Positions 22,307 to 34,763 of a stretch of DNA of 64,000 nucleotides are shown here, one piece after another. Each line of letters opens with the position of its first letter. Positions within the stretch are counted from its first letter, which is position 1. The notes under the pieces are model-generated. The model did no database searches. It had not been told where the DNA came from and saw only the letters and a program-made list of their open reading frames with translations. Both the position numbers and the translations under genes were made by a program. Source of the DNA: Cladosporium halotolerans (lineage: Eukaryota); contig NW_027191455.1 in assembly GCF_011745625.1 (NCBI RefSeq), positions 682,001 through 746,000 of the forward strand, written 5' to 3'.

Positions 22307-25300
22307 GATTCGAGCGGTCATGCTGGAGTTTTGGAGGGTCTTGTTGTTGGAAAGAGGCATTGCGATACAACACGTCGCGTAACGAATGAATGGGAATTGG
22401 GACGAATGGAGGGCATTGTGACACGGCATCTGGTATGGGATCGCGAAGACTCTACGACTCAATGCGATACGGTGTGATCGGAAGCTTGGATTCCGCAAGA
22501 GCACGACGCATTCCGAATTTGGACTCCGGAGAGCCGGCTCTTGACCACGGCTGGCCGGTTACAGATCCTACGATGTACCGAAATCGATTGCGTTCCGCCA
22601 ATCAATCGCTAGCAGACGACAGCAAAAGCTGGGAAAACCTTGCGCGTCCATTGCGTCGCGCGATCGTGTCCTACATGCGGCACTCGGCTCGTAAGCTAGA
22701 AATACCGCTCGAAGAACGATTCTACGAAACAGCAAAGAACCAGCATATTTCGTGTACCTCACTCTAGCTAGAGCTTCTACAAAGGAGTGCGAGCTCCACA
22801 GTGGATGTAGCTGCTCTCAAAGTAATGTACTAAATCAAACTCATTTGATGTACTCTTATGGGATGCGACGACTGAGCTTTTCGAAGTAATGCAGGAGACG
22901 ACGAAATGCTTAGCACACCTAGGTATCGTCCGCAAATTGCAAGAAGCAGCAGTGTCGTGTTCAAGAGATATCCATTGCGCGGCCGGCTCTATGCCTCGGG
23001 CGCGACGCGCTCATTGCTCTTTCCTATACGCAAAGAAACGCGACGCTGCGCGTGCTTAATCTGACCTCACCTTTCAGACTCTTGCTCTACTCTCTAACAC
23101 CTTGTCCTGGATCTGTTGAGCTGTAAGTTATTGCTGCGCTCAATGATGTGCGCGAAATGGGTTCGCTTCCATTCTTGGCGACCATTCGGGTCATCATGGC
23201 GCCCGCGCACTGGTGGGCATGCGGAACTTCTTCTCGCCTGTGTCTGGATCTGGCATTCGTGGAAACAATGATGGGACGATAGAGATGCTGAGTCTTCGAC
23301 ATCATCAGCCGCAGAGATCACAGTCTAGACCAGAGTGGATAATAAACAAAGCCTTTTGTCAGCGAAATGTCGCCATGCAATATAGCTGCGGGCCAAGCTC
23401 TCCCCAATGGACGGGTGCCAGCGATCTTCGCGTCAGCAGCGACAGCCCTACAGCGAAGGGCTGCGTCAGCGCGCGTGCGTGGGTGGCTTGTCGAAGGTTT
23501 GGTCCTGGGGTTTAGGATGAGTAATTCCGCTGCGAGGCCGTCTCTGCAGCGACAGGGTAAGGACGTTTTCGGAGGGACGCCCGTTGATCTCGTCGAGCCA
23601 TTGAAAAATTTCCCAAGGAGCTGGTTATTAGTGATCGCTGACTGTTAGCGTGTCGTGCCTCAGCTTTGAGCACTCGAGCTGGACATGGCTCGCAGTCTGT
23701 GCGGACACAGAAGCCGAGCGCCGGTAGGGGTGCGGAATTGTGCACTGCTCACCAGGACGGGATGCCTCCTCAGTCGCGACCAGGTGATGGAGTCATACAT
23801 CCAAATGGAATGACAACAGCGAGGCCAGAAACCCACGGAGACATTCGGCAGCTCACGCGCCCGGTGGAGGGTTTCGTAGACATCTTATGTCTCCTTGCGC
23901 TGCTGCCAGCGACCGGAGCCGGAACTTGCGCTGTAAGCGAGCAAGCGAGGGCCTGAACTCGAGCCCGCTGCGCAAAATCCGGGGGAGCGACGGCGTTACG
24001 GCCTCTCGGAATCAACAGCAGCGAGCAGCCGATTCAACCTTAATCGTTCTCTGAGCCCTTGAACGGATCTTCCCAGCGCTTCCGTTTTGCTGCCGACGCT
24101 CTCGGCCGATATCCACGAAGCTTTCGTCCGAACCTGTCGATGACTGTGGCCTGCATTCGCGAAGGATCACGTAGCTTACCTGCGTGGGCGGTAAACCCCG
24201 TAACACCGATGACCCAGAACGGCGACCTTCTAACAGGTACTGAGACCTGCGTTTAGTCACCGACGTTATACTTTCGTTACAAACTTACTGTATGACTGGT
24301 GCCTGGCGTGCATGCGCATTGATTCCCCAATGCGGTATACGACAGCGCTTACATGATCGCGCAAGCCTCAAACGACGTACCACGCTGCTGCTCAGACGAG
24401 CGGTGGAGTCTGTCGAGTGGGCGCAGTCAGCCTGGAGTATGGCTGTGGGCCGATCGTACCGTCGCAGCCTCGCTTTGCGCCCGCTCTCGCACCGCATACC
24501 AGTAATGGACGTGTATGCGACGGGAGGACCGTCTCACGCTGGGCCGGGGAAACACGTGCCAATGCCCCACGCCAGCGCTGCGGCGAAGCGAGCGATGCGA
24601 ATCAAAGGCGCTCGTGCAGATACGCTTTACGGTTGCCTGAGCGCTACCCTACCCTACCCTACCCCATGCACACAGGATGAGCCATCGCAATGCATTCGTG
24701 GCTGCTAGGGCGTTGACGCGACGAAACGGCAGGCTGTGCACAGAAGGAATGCGGTGGCCTGGAGTTAGATTGCAGTAGCAAAGGTCGGCGCGCGCGGAGA
24801 CCGCTGGCTGAGAGGTGCGCCAAGGCAACAACTCCTTCGCATGCACTGGGCAGTCTTCGCGCTGGGCATGATTGTGTGCGAACGATAGTCAGGGTGAATT
24901 GTAAGCTACTACGACCCGAAGCCTCGACGGCGGGCAGACAGGCTCGGCCGGTCAGAGCAGAAGGCGTTGGAAGATCATTAGGCATCAGGGAGATTTGCGA
25001 GAGCAGATTGCAAAGCAGGGGCCTCAGCGGCATGCGGGCGTGTGTAAGCAGCGAGGGCTGGCTTTGTTCGGGAAACGCGGGCGAGTCGGGCTGAACGCAG
25101 CGCTGCGGCCGGAAGCTCCAGCGCCCAGCAAGCCGTGGCCTGCGGTGCTGCGCGGCGTTAAGCTGAGTCCGCTGTGGAGACCTGGCACAAATTAGACTTC
25201 GCATGGAAGTTTTGGTAACCATCCGCACGGCGACGGATGACCGTGCAACGAGCACAAATATCTGACGGCCGCCGCCCGACTGACCACTGCTCCCACTCCT

Positions 25301-25488
25301 CCACACACTCGACCATATCATACAACAATACAAACATCCGAAGCAAGGTCTCTCAGTCTTCACGGCAGCAACTTCGACTACTACGAGCATCTCAACCATC
25401 AGCCACACCCACGCCACACATTGTGTGACTCAGGCATCAATCTCGCCATAAACTCAACCTGACTCACGACAAACACATTAAGGTCACA

Positions 25489-26259
25489 ATGCCTTCCCAC
25501 TTAAGGCTTCAGTCTTCCTTTGAGCCATTCGCCGCAGACGCAACCTACCAGACATCACCCACTCTCCCCGCAGCAAAGAAGCAGAAGATGTCTCTCACCC
25601 GCACATACGCCGTCGCTTCGACCGCCCGGTCGAAGCTTGGTCGCGAGGCCAGCCGCGCAGACCACAACCTGCGCCGTCTGGTCGGCCACGCCAACCTCCT
25701 CGACACTCTCATGATCGACCTCGCCGACGCCGAGCGCGAGCAGGAGGCGTGGTTCAACCAGTCCGTCAGCAAGGCATCTCCCTCTCAGTCTCGCCACATC
25801 CAATGGTTTGACGCCATTGAGGAGGATTTCGAGGACGACGACAGTGATTCCGATTCCGACGCCGAGTCTGACGATGGCTCCGTCTACGACGAGGATGCCG
25901 AGATCCTCAGCATTCCCGTCCGCCGCATCCGCACAGCACCAGTCGTCATCGAGTCCGAGGAAATCGACCTCACCGACGACGAAGAGGATGCCGAGTACGA
26001 CGAGGAGAACGACGAGGAGCACGCGCTCACTCGCGTCCCCAGCTTCCCCAGCCAGCACTCACCACCCGAGCTCGCGCTCGACGACTCTGACTCTGAGGAC
26101 GAGTCGATGCCGCCCTCGCCTGAGCAGCCCACACTGGAGCTCAGCGAGAAAGAGAGGCAACAGCTCAGCACCGCACTCTACGGCGACAAGTCGCAAGCAG
26201 CGTCAATGCAAGACTACATCACGCACGAGCCTCAAAGGCAGCTCGTCGCCGCCTACTAG
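25489..26259 (+). CDS. Ecm13-like conserved fungal acidic protein
   Basis: Motif ARSKLGREASRADHNLRRLVGHANLLDTL followed by Asp/Glu-rich tracts. Intronless, with strong codon bias. Confidence 0.8.
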   Translation: MPSHLRLQSSFEPFAADATYQTSPTLPAAKKQKMSLTRTYAVASTARSKLGREASRADHNLRRLVGHANLLDTLMIDLADAEREQEAWFNQSVSKASPSQSRHIQWFDAIEEDFEDDDSDSDSDAESDDGSVYDEDAEILSIPVRRIRTAPVVIESEEIDLTDDEEDAEYDEENDEEHALTRVPSFPSQHSPPELALDDSDSEDESMPPSPEQPTLELSEKERQQLSTALYGDKSQAASMQDYITHEPQRQLVAAY

Positions 26260-28748
26260 ACGACGCATAGATGTTTTCTTCCACTTTGACGATTCAGCGA
26301 CTTGAGCGTTTCCAGCGATCGGGGCATTTTCAGCAAGGCGTTTCGGGAATGATATCCCATGGGTTTTCTTTACATTTCTCGTACATCTCACGAATGCCGG
26401 CACGGTAGCCAGGCATAGGATCTCACCTCTGGGAAAGGAAGGTTAATCAGGAAATCGTCGGCATGGTATGGCATGGTATGGAGGCGATCATGACTGTATA
26501 TCATGGGCTGCATCTCCCTCGAGGAACGAGGTAGGAGAGCGCCCTCTAGCTAGCGATGACATTATGACAAACCACTACTTCGAACATCACTTCGCTCTTC
26601 TCGCTCTCATCGTCTCATCTCTCTCGACGTCTCCAATCTTCCAACCCTCGTATCTCCAAACAAAACAAAGCCAGGGTCCCCATCCCTGCACAATCCCTGC
26701 ACGCTTGCACAAAATTTCCTTACGCAGCGCACAAGCCACAGCGATCCCTTTGTCGACCGCCGCGCCGTTGGCGCTAAGCAATCCGCGCGTGCCCGGGATT
26801 CCGCCCAAGGTCCGCCGCCGGCGCCGTGCTACGCGCAAGGGTTTCGTTCCCTCTGGCACCGCGCTCGCATTAGCGGCTCTCTCGGATTTTCGGCCGCCCG
26901 GTCGCGAGCAAAGGCATCCCTCGGCCGAGAGGTTGTACCTTATGCTTTTTTTGCATTGAAGTTTTCTGCCCTTTGGGTTCGGCGTCTTCTCGCTCCGCGT
27001 GTCCGCGGTGAGGTAATCGGTTGCCTGTTGGCAGGAGGGAAGTTTCCTTTTCCTTCTCTGTCCCGAGGCTCGTGATACTTGTGTCTGCACATATGTCTCG
27101 GCTGATGGGGCTCGGTCTCGAGTAGACTGTTCGACGGGACGGTATCTGCCTTCGGAGATATGCAAGCTGAGCGCGCGTGCAGCCTTGCTCATTCCGCGTT
27201 CACCGTTACGGCGGTGGATACACAAGGGACAATGGAGTCAAGGCGCGCTCGCGTGTACACAAATCAGCCTGCCGTTTGCGTTCCTCCACCGTCTGTTCGC
27301 GAAGGAACGCGAGATCAATGCACGTGACGGGATATGTGCGGATACCATGATCTGAGCGGCTTGCCATCTTGGCGACGCATCGACGAAGCTGGTTCGTCCG
27401 CTCGGCATCTCAACTCGCGCCTCTCTCCACCCTGGTGCGATCGTGTCTCCATATCCCCCACGCTCTGGGGAAGGAGGGCGGTGGAGTTTGCGCTCGCGCA
27501 ATTGCCCACGCAAGCACGTCGCGCGTCGGGTCGGTGGAACTTCGCCCTGCGCTGCGGTGCGCTGGTCGGTGTGTTTGGCTTGGCGATACGTGCAGTGGCA
27601 GACCGCAGCACAGTCGCGGCCTGGTGGTGGCTCGGCGATGGGTTGCCATGCACTGCTCTCCACACTCGTGGAGTAGAGACGCGCGCTCCGCGCTGGCTAC
27701 GATGTTGTCAGCCGCTTGCCCGTCGGGGAACGAAGCCGTTGTGTACGAGGCAGCCGATATCGCTCTTCAAGTAGATTATTGCAAACGCTCTTTACCTGCA
27801 CTTCAGCTCGCGTGCACTAGCAGCTGATTCCGGAAACGGCCAATGTCTCGCTGTCCGCCGACTTGCAGCGTCGCATCGACACCGTCCCGCCCGCATGTGT
27901 CCACTGCAAGGCAACAACGTCTCAAACGCCTTACAGCACACATGTAAGACGGGCGTCCCACGAGGGCGTCGCGGTTACGGCGGAGGCAGCACCTTAATAA
28001 TAATAACACCACACATGCGCCCTGCAGCCGCAGTGGTCTGACCTGTCGAGCGGAAGCGGAACCAGCGGTCAACTCAGGAGACCCTGCTGTACAGTCATCC
28101 GATACTTTCTGCTCGTACCCCCGCCGGCGCCTGCTGCGGCGTCCGCTCCATGGAGAGGTACCAGAGACTGACAGCTCCTGATCAGATAATCATGCGTAAG
28201 GCTGGACCGCGGAGCGGAGTGAGAGCGAGGTAGCGAGGTGGGTGTCATGTGCGGTCCGCGTCTGAGGAGACATGGGCGGCAATGCTTACAGTACAGAGCT
28301 CGCTGTCACTTGTAGGGCTGCATTGTTGCTAATCGCATAATCATGGGTACCGGTCTGGACTCCGGATGCGAGAGCAGCCGGTGCCGTCCGATCTTCGAAC
28401 TCAGTATGTGTCCAGTGTGGTCAGCTGCTCGAAGATGTTCGTGGGGTCAAGTCTCATGATATGCTCCGTTTCGCCTTGATGAGAATATGCGCAAGATTCC
28501 GATTCATTAGAAGTCTGAGGTGGTTCAGAAAGGGCGGCGGCATCTCGTGATGTCGAAGAAGGCAAGCCTCAGTCACCCCACGATGGATAGCTTCAGGCTT
28601 CAGGCAATTGAATCTGTCGTATCGTCATTTCATGCATGTATGTACCAGCGATCATTAGCGAGTAAAGGCCGCATCTACGCACAGCCCGGGATATCGTAAA
28701 GAAATGCAACGCCCTGCCAGATGAGATAGCAACCACAAAAATGGCACA

Positions 28749-30437
28749 TTAGATCATTTCCACTTGCACGTCCTTGACCCAAATCTCCATCTTGCCCATT
28801 TCCGCCTTCTCCAGCGCCGCTGCTTCCTTGCAAGTTAAAATTGCAAGGTCCAAATCGTCCTGATCACCGACAGTGACCATGTCGCCGTCTTCGTCTTTGA
28901 TCCGTAATCGAACGTCGCCCTTCAGCCCGAACTTGAGCATCACCTGCTCCGCTAGTTCGTTGAACACCGGCGCAGCGCCGGTCATCACGTACCGCGTATC
29001 TTCTGGCGCGTGTACTTTGACGCGAATTTTGCGCATGGCAGGTGGTCCATTGCGGCGAGATTGGGAGCGGTGATGCCGTGGTCGGGAGCGGTGCTTGTGC
29101 GGTGAGACGATTTCATAGGCCAGCGGTGGCGAAGCCGAGAGCGTGGAAGACGTGTCGAAACCTTCGCTCTCGCCTTCTGGTTCTTCGATGATGGAGTCAT
29201 GAGCGGTCTGCAGCGAGTAGGCGCCAGACCGGGAACGGGTATGTTGAGAATTGGGTCTAGTGTAAGAGGATGGTGGCGAGGATATTGAGGTTGGCGCGGT
29301 CGTGCTGTGAGCTTCGATTGGATCGGGGTGGATGTGGACTTCGGAAACGTGGTCGTAGGTATTGCTGCGATGGGATGAGCGCCGTACGCTCTCGTGGGTC
29401 CTTATCGAGCTGTCTGAAAATTCTCGTCGTGGTTGCGGTCTCTCTGATTCCGATCGCTTGGTTCCCAATCTCGGACGCTCGGATTGGGCCTTTTGATCGA
29501 AGGCCGCTGCGCCTAGTTCTAGTCGTAGAGGCTTTGCTGCTGGCCTCGACGCCTGAATGCCAGACTTCTGCGAACCGAGACTTTCTGTAGATCTCCGCTT
29601 GTGTGGCTGGACAGGCTCTGGCCGCTCAAGCTCAGGCGGTGGAGTAGGCGGGAACACATTGCGATGCATCGGTGGCTCCGACTGTTGGCGTGACCTACTT
29701 GACAAGCCAGGTTTTACCAAGTTAAGAGCAGCATACGACAGCTTCTCGCCGGGTCTATCGTCTATGCCCATCGCGGCGAGTGCTGCTTGTCTTCGCGGGT
29801 CGTTATGTCGCTGCTGCTGATCGTGCGCCGCCACCAGTCGGGCCTTGCCGAGGTAATCTTGCTTCTTCAGATTCTTCACTTTTGCTTCATTTGGACGGTA
29901 GATGACGCCGACGGGGATGGAGAAGACAGTGTAGCCCTCGGCTTGTTCTTTGATAGCCTCGTCGATAACGTCGTGGTCGAGGACTGCCTTTTCGCGAGCA
30001 GCGAACATCATGTCCTGCAGACCAGCATCTTTTTGTTGCAAATAGATGTAACACAGGCCACGGTTGAAGAGCACCTCGCAAGAATAAAGCTTGAACTTAA
30101 GTCCGAGCTGATCGTAGTCTATCCATCGATTTCCACGCAGGTACAAGAGTGTATCGTTGAAGTTTGCCAGTGCTTCTTCGAAGTCGCCGAGAAGGAAGTT
30201 GCTGACGCCTTGCTGGAAGTAGGCGACTGCAAGATACTGGTCCAGTTGGACGGCCCTTTGATAGCATTCGACGGCTCTCTCATGCTCGCCCAGCGTGGCA
30301 TGGATTACTCCGAGGTTGAAAAGGATCTTCGATGTGTCGGATATGCACTCGAAGCATTTGAGAGCGTTGTCGAACTCGTTGTTGTCGTATGCAGCCAGCG
30401 CTGCTACCCACGTCTCGATCTCCTGTTTAAGCGACAT
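28749..30437 (-). CDS. noxR: NADPH oxidase regulator NoxR (p67phox-like): N-terminal TPRs, activation region, C-terminal PB1
   Basis: Diagnostic start MSLKQEIETWV, then LAVAYFQQGVSNFL, YTVFSIPVGVIYRP, KDYLGKARLVA-like, Pro-rich FPPTPPP and the PB1 segments KIRVKVH...KDEDGDMVTVGDQDDLD. Confidence 0.93.
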   Translation of the reverse strand: MSLKQEIETWVAALAAYDNNEFDNALKCFECISDTSKILFNLGVIHATLGEHERAVECYQRAVQLDQYLAVAYFQQGVSNFLLGDFEEALANFNDTLLYLRGNRWIDYDQLGLKFKLYSCEVLFNRGLCYIYLQQKDAGLQDMMFAAREKAVLDHDVIDEAIKEQAEGYTVFSIPVGVIYRPNEAKVKNLKKQDYLGKARLVAAHDQQQRHNDPRRQAALAAMGIDDRPGEKLSYAALNLVKPGLSSRSRQQSEPPMHRNVFPPTPPPELERPEPVQPHKRRSTESLGSQKSGIQASRPAAKPLRLELGAAAFDQKAQSERPRLGTKRSESERPQPRREFSDSSIRTHESVRRSSHRSNTYDHVSEVHIHPDPIEAHSTTAPTSISSPPSSYTRPNSQHTRSRSGAYSLQTAHDSIIEEPEGESEGFDTSSTLSASPPLAYEIVSPHKHRSRPRHHRSQSRRNGPPAMRKIRVKVHAPEDTRYVMTGAAPVFNELAEQVMLKFGLKGDVRLRIKDEDGDMVTVGDQDDLDLAILTCKEAAALEKAEMGKMEIWVKDVQVEMI

Positions 30438-31458
30438 CTTGCAAGCTCCACGGAGATTCTTCTCAGAGAGAGGTCGCTCGTTGCTTTTCTTGTCGTACCA
30501 TGCAAATGCGTAAGCTTTCAGAAAGTGGCTCTCGGAATGTCTTTCTGTGCTCTATAGAAGCGCCGGCCAGGCTGAGGATCATCGAACTTCACACGGAACG
30601 GCAGACGAGACGGACATGGGAAAGAAACATGAAGATCGCAAACCTCTCGCCGTTCCGAGCGGCTGTAAGTAATAGGACGTAGCAGCGGCGGCAACAGCGC
30701 CTTCCAAGATACCAAGCGCGCGTAGAGGGCGGCTCTCAATGGCAAGAGAGGTACGCCGGGCATGTCACTGCATCGGCACAGCGAAGGCGATCCCCGCCAG
30801 GCACAGGGCCCAGGCGGCTGGAGACGATGACTGGCTCGTCGTGAGCGTGAGGTCGAGCGGTATGCTGTGCTCGTTGGCGAGATGCAGCTCGGGCTGGCTC
30901 CAAGCCATTTTAGGCCCGGCGCTTAGCTGAGGACGCAGATTCGTCGCTTTGATTGGAGGCCCACGCGACGACACTGACTCTGCGACAGCATGGCAAGCGA
31001 CATGTGGCATCGATGATTTGCTGAAATGCCCTCGTGCGCGCAGTGATTTCAATTGCGAGCGTGCTCTGAGGTGTTTAGTGGATTCACATCGCTTGTCGCA
31101 GCGCCACCTCCATGCGTGGATGGCGAGAGTATGTCATCCGCACTCTGGAAATATCGCTAGTCTACGATAATACCGGTCAGATATCAGGAGGGGTCCGATG
31201 CATTCTTTTCGTCTCGAGTGATATAATGCACGAGAATGTCCCTTATGCAGTGCGCCTATAAGATATGGCTTCCTAGATCATCACGAGATGCCAAGCCAAG
31301 GATGATTGAGCACCTCAATGGTCGAAGGTTCAACAATTATAGGGTCGTGCATACATCTGTTCGCCCATGCATCGTAGCTACCTCACTTCCCTCACATCAT
31401 CATCATGCGTTGCATCGTCAATAACTTTCCCTTGAGCACATATTTTCACCATTACTTT

Positions 31459-32246
31459 TTAAAGCATGCCCTTCGAAGTCTGCTCGGCTCTCTCTTCCCA
31501 AACGGTCTTTCCACTGCAGCTGCACACCGTCTTATCGTTGTCCCAGACTCCTGCACTTCTCGCAATGACGCCGACAAGGGTATCAGGGTCTTCCTTGTCA
31601 AAGCTCTCCGTCTTCCTGCTCACAACAATACTCCGGCCGATCATCTCCCAAATGTGGACTGGCTTGTCCAGGAACACTGATCCCAGCCCGCTCTTCCCGA
31701 CCTCGATAGTGCCAAATATGCCCTTTGCTGTTCGGGGAGGCTGTTCCTTCTTCGCCTGCAACAGATCCCAGATGCCGCCCGTGCTCTTCGCTCCTTCGCT
31801 GATGTTACCAGACTCTCGCACAGTCACATTGTAGGTTCCAGGGCTGACGCCGCGCAGAGTCATATCGAGGAGGGTCATGGCGGGGCCGACTTGCACCATG
31901 CGGATGAGGCCGCGCACATGGTCCTTGACGGCCGAAGAGTGTGTCTCGAGAATGCAGACAGCGGCGCTCTCGCCTTTGCCAGATCCTCGGAGGATGGCGT
32001 CGCGACCTGTGTCTTGGATGGCGGCTACGATGGCAGAGGGAGCGGCGTTTCCGGTTACGGATACAAGCTGCGCCTTGAGGTCGGCGGAGACATCGCTAAT
32101 GCCTTGGAGATTTATTAGCCGTGGCGTTGTGTGGCCCTCTTCCCGGTTGCCATACCATCTAGTTTGTAGAGCGATGTTGAAACGGCTTTGATGCATGCCT
32201 CGCAACTAAGCGGAACGGCGAACGTAGTCTCGAATGGTGGTATCAT
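31459..32246 (-). CDS. CCS1: Copper chaperone for superoxide dismutase; intron 32155-32103
   Basis: Exon 1 MIPPFETTFAVPLSCEAC (HMA CxxC), a SOD-like domain, and the C-terminal GVIARSAGVWDNDKTVCSCSGKTVWEER (CxC). Confidence 0.93.
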
Positions 32247-32609
32247 GGCTGCCAAATCTTTGTGTGCAACGGCTCGAACAATTTAATTGATGATCGTCTA
32301 TCTATGAATGACAACATGCTCGTTACTTGGTGGGGTTGATTGGTTTGTAATGCGGGACGCTCGGCTGCGAGCGAGCGAGCGGAGGGCCAGCAGTTCGGGG
32401 ACCGGGAGTCTTGCACGCCCTTGCCCGATTGGGAACCTTTGAAGTCGCCCTCGCAGAACGGCGCACCCATATCGCATTGAACGACACAGGCACTCAAAAC
32501 TCGACCCCGAATCTACCGCGACCCGACACCTCTTTGCGCAGAATACTTGCTTCTCAGGAACCTCCTATCACCAATCCTTGCGCCCTCCAGGGCTCCGACC
32601 ATCGCCGCA

Positions 32610-33265
32610 ATGTCCCAATTCGTAGGCAAGGTACGACCACACCACCACCGTCCTACGCAGTCCCCCAAAAACAACCCTCTAACACCCCCTACTCCAGACC
32701 CGCCTCGCCTACTCTCGCGCCTGGCACCACGTCGACGCCAGCAGCGACCCGCGCCCTCTCGGCCGCCTGGCCTCCTCGATCGCGCTCACGCTCATGGGCA
32801 AGCACAAACCCATCTACGACCCCAGCACAGACTGCGGCGACTACGTGGTCGCGACGGGGCTGGCGCAGCTGCACACGACGGGCAAGAAGATGCAGAAGAA
32901 GAAGTACTACTCGCACACGACGCGGCCGGGCAGCCTGAAGGAGATCACGATGGAGAAGATGATGGAGAAGTGGGGCGGCGGCGAGATCCTCAGGCGTGCG
33001 GTCAGGGGCATGCTGCCGAAGAACAGGCTGAGGGATGATCGGATGGCGAGGCTGAAGTGTGAGTTTGTTTCGTGAGGGGGGGTTTTGGTGGCTAAGGCGC
33101 GCCATGCTGACGATTTTTTCTTCTTGTCTCGCAGGTTTCGAGGGCGCCGCGCATCCCTACAAGCAGAACATTCTCCGACTGGACGGCGAGAAGAGCAGCA
33201 TAGCGGACATGCCTGAGGTTCAGGCAACGATGCAGAAGGTGGCGCCTCCGCCTGCGTCGTCATGA
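32610..33265 (+). CDS. MRPL23: Mitochondrial ribosomal protein uL13m; introns 32631-32697 and 33059-33134
   Basis: MSQFVGK|TRLAYSRAWHHVDA...LGRLAS...LMGKHKPIYDPSTDCGDYVV...AVRGMLPKNRLR...FEGAAHPY. Confidence 0.92.
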
Positions 33266-33492
33266 GGGGAGATATATGGCAGCAAAATACGGCGTTCCGG
33301 GAGCGAGAATTGTACAGCTATGTCATGGAAAGAAATTCGCATTGAAAGCGTTGCGAGGAGTTCAAACGGGTATCTTCTAGCTGTACTATATGAATAAAGC
33401 TATTTGTAAGATCTAGGTTTGCTGGACGGCCGTGACCATCTACATGCGGGAATGCGAGGACTACGAGAAGCTATAACGCGGCGGAAAAAGAA

Positions 33493-34460
33493 TCAGAGTT
33501 TGGGGCTGGCGTTGCTGCGCGTGATGGTACATTGGATCAGGCCATTGGGGTCGGTCTGAGGGGCGTACACCTCTGCGTCTTCGCCGGTGTTCTTGAGGCC
33601 CTTGAACCAGCTGAGGTCTGGAAGAGGAGGTCAGCAACCGCCTAAGCAGCCAAACGGAACATACAAGCAGACTTACCGATCTCGAAATAGTGCTTGTTGG
33701 GCAAGCTGTACTCGACGGCCTCAACCTTCGGCGCAGCCTCAAGGATTTGCTCGCCCATGAGGTACATGGTGTTCTGCACACTAGGGCTGTTCTCTTTCGC
33801 AAAAGTCTCGAGCGTGATCCTGCGCGCATCCTCCCATGCCTTGTTGAAGCTTTCCTGATCCTTCTTGACCTCCTCGACGCTGCCGAACCGCTTCCAATGC
33901 CAGCCCGCTTCGACCTCTGTGCTCAGGATGCGATCCCACGTCTCCGGCAACCGCGTGTACTCGTCCCTATGGAAGCCCCAGAACTGCGAGCCCGTGCTCT
34001 TCAGCACCAACAGGCCCTTGATCCCGCTGCGGATGCTGATGCCCTCGCCTCGCCGCGCCACGGCCTGGACGGTCCTCGTCTCAGCGCCGTCGCGGAGGAA
34101 GGAGTGCGGGTGGGGTTTACCGTCGACCTCCATGCGCGCCCAGCGGTGCACGATGATGTCGACGTGCGCGGCGGTGATGTGCGGGTAGGTATCAATGTAG
34201 TGCTGGCCGAGAATGGCGGCGAAGAGCTCGGGCGGGTTGACGGGGTTCAGCTTTGCGGTCACGTAGATGGTCTGCTTCTGCGTGTCGGTCGCGACAATAT
34301 TGGTGTTGTCGGCGTGCGTCCACGAGGCGGCGATGTCGCCTTCGAGCAATGTGCAGACGGTCATTTCCGTGACATCTTGGGTTTGGTCGGAATTGCGCTG
34401 GACTTTGTAGAGGCGGACGTTGTCCTTGCCGTAGCGGGCTGAGGCGAGTTGTGCGGGCAT
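33493..34460 (-). CDS. uaZ: Urate oxidase (uricase); intron 33676-33618; PTS1-like C-terminus PKL
   Basis: YGKDNV, VATDTQK, LLVLKSTGSQFWGFHRDEYT, DRILST, SPSVQNTMY, LPNKHYFEIDLSW and PNGLIQC. Confidence 0.96.
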
Positions 34461-34749
34461 GTTGGGGAGCGTTAAAGGAATTGGTGAGGCGCAATGTTAT
34501 CGTTGGTTCCTGGCGAATCTGGATGGTATCTCGATCGCGAATGGAGGGGTTTGGGACGGATGCGTGAATAGGAAGGTTCAGGGAAGCCGGTGGAAGGAAA
34601 TGAATCGGAGCTTCTGCGCAGACAGAAAGCTGCAAGAGGGACCTACGGATGATACTTGTAGTCAAGATTGGGTTGAGGATATCTCTTATCGCGTGGCGTG
34701 TCTGGCCTGCGGCAGAGCTCTGGTGGGAGGGGAGTTGCAAGGGCGGATA

Positions 34750-34763
34750 TCGGAGGCGGCCGA
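34750..34763. promoter_or_regulatory. UaY-type binding site TCGG-N6-CCGA upstream of uricase, with nearby GATA boxes
   Basis: TCGGaggcggCCGA about 290 bp upstream of the uricase ATG. GATA/TATC at 34651, 34678, 34680, 34687 and 34746. Confidence 0.7.

Noticed and set aside
32193..32210. CCS1 metal motif reads LSCEAC rather than MxCxxC
   Set aside because: Both cysteines are intact, and I recall Leu variants in other filamentous fungi, so there is no evidence of altered function.
33493..33504. Uricase ends in PKL rather than SKL; all stop codons were checked for TGA-CTA readthrough to a cryptic PTS1
   Set aside because: PKL is a plausible PTS1 variant, and no gene shows a TGA CTA readthrough context.
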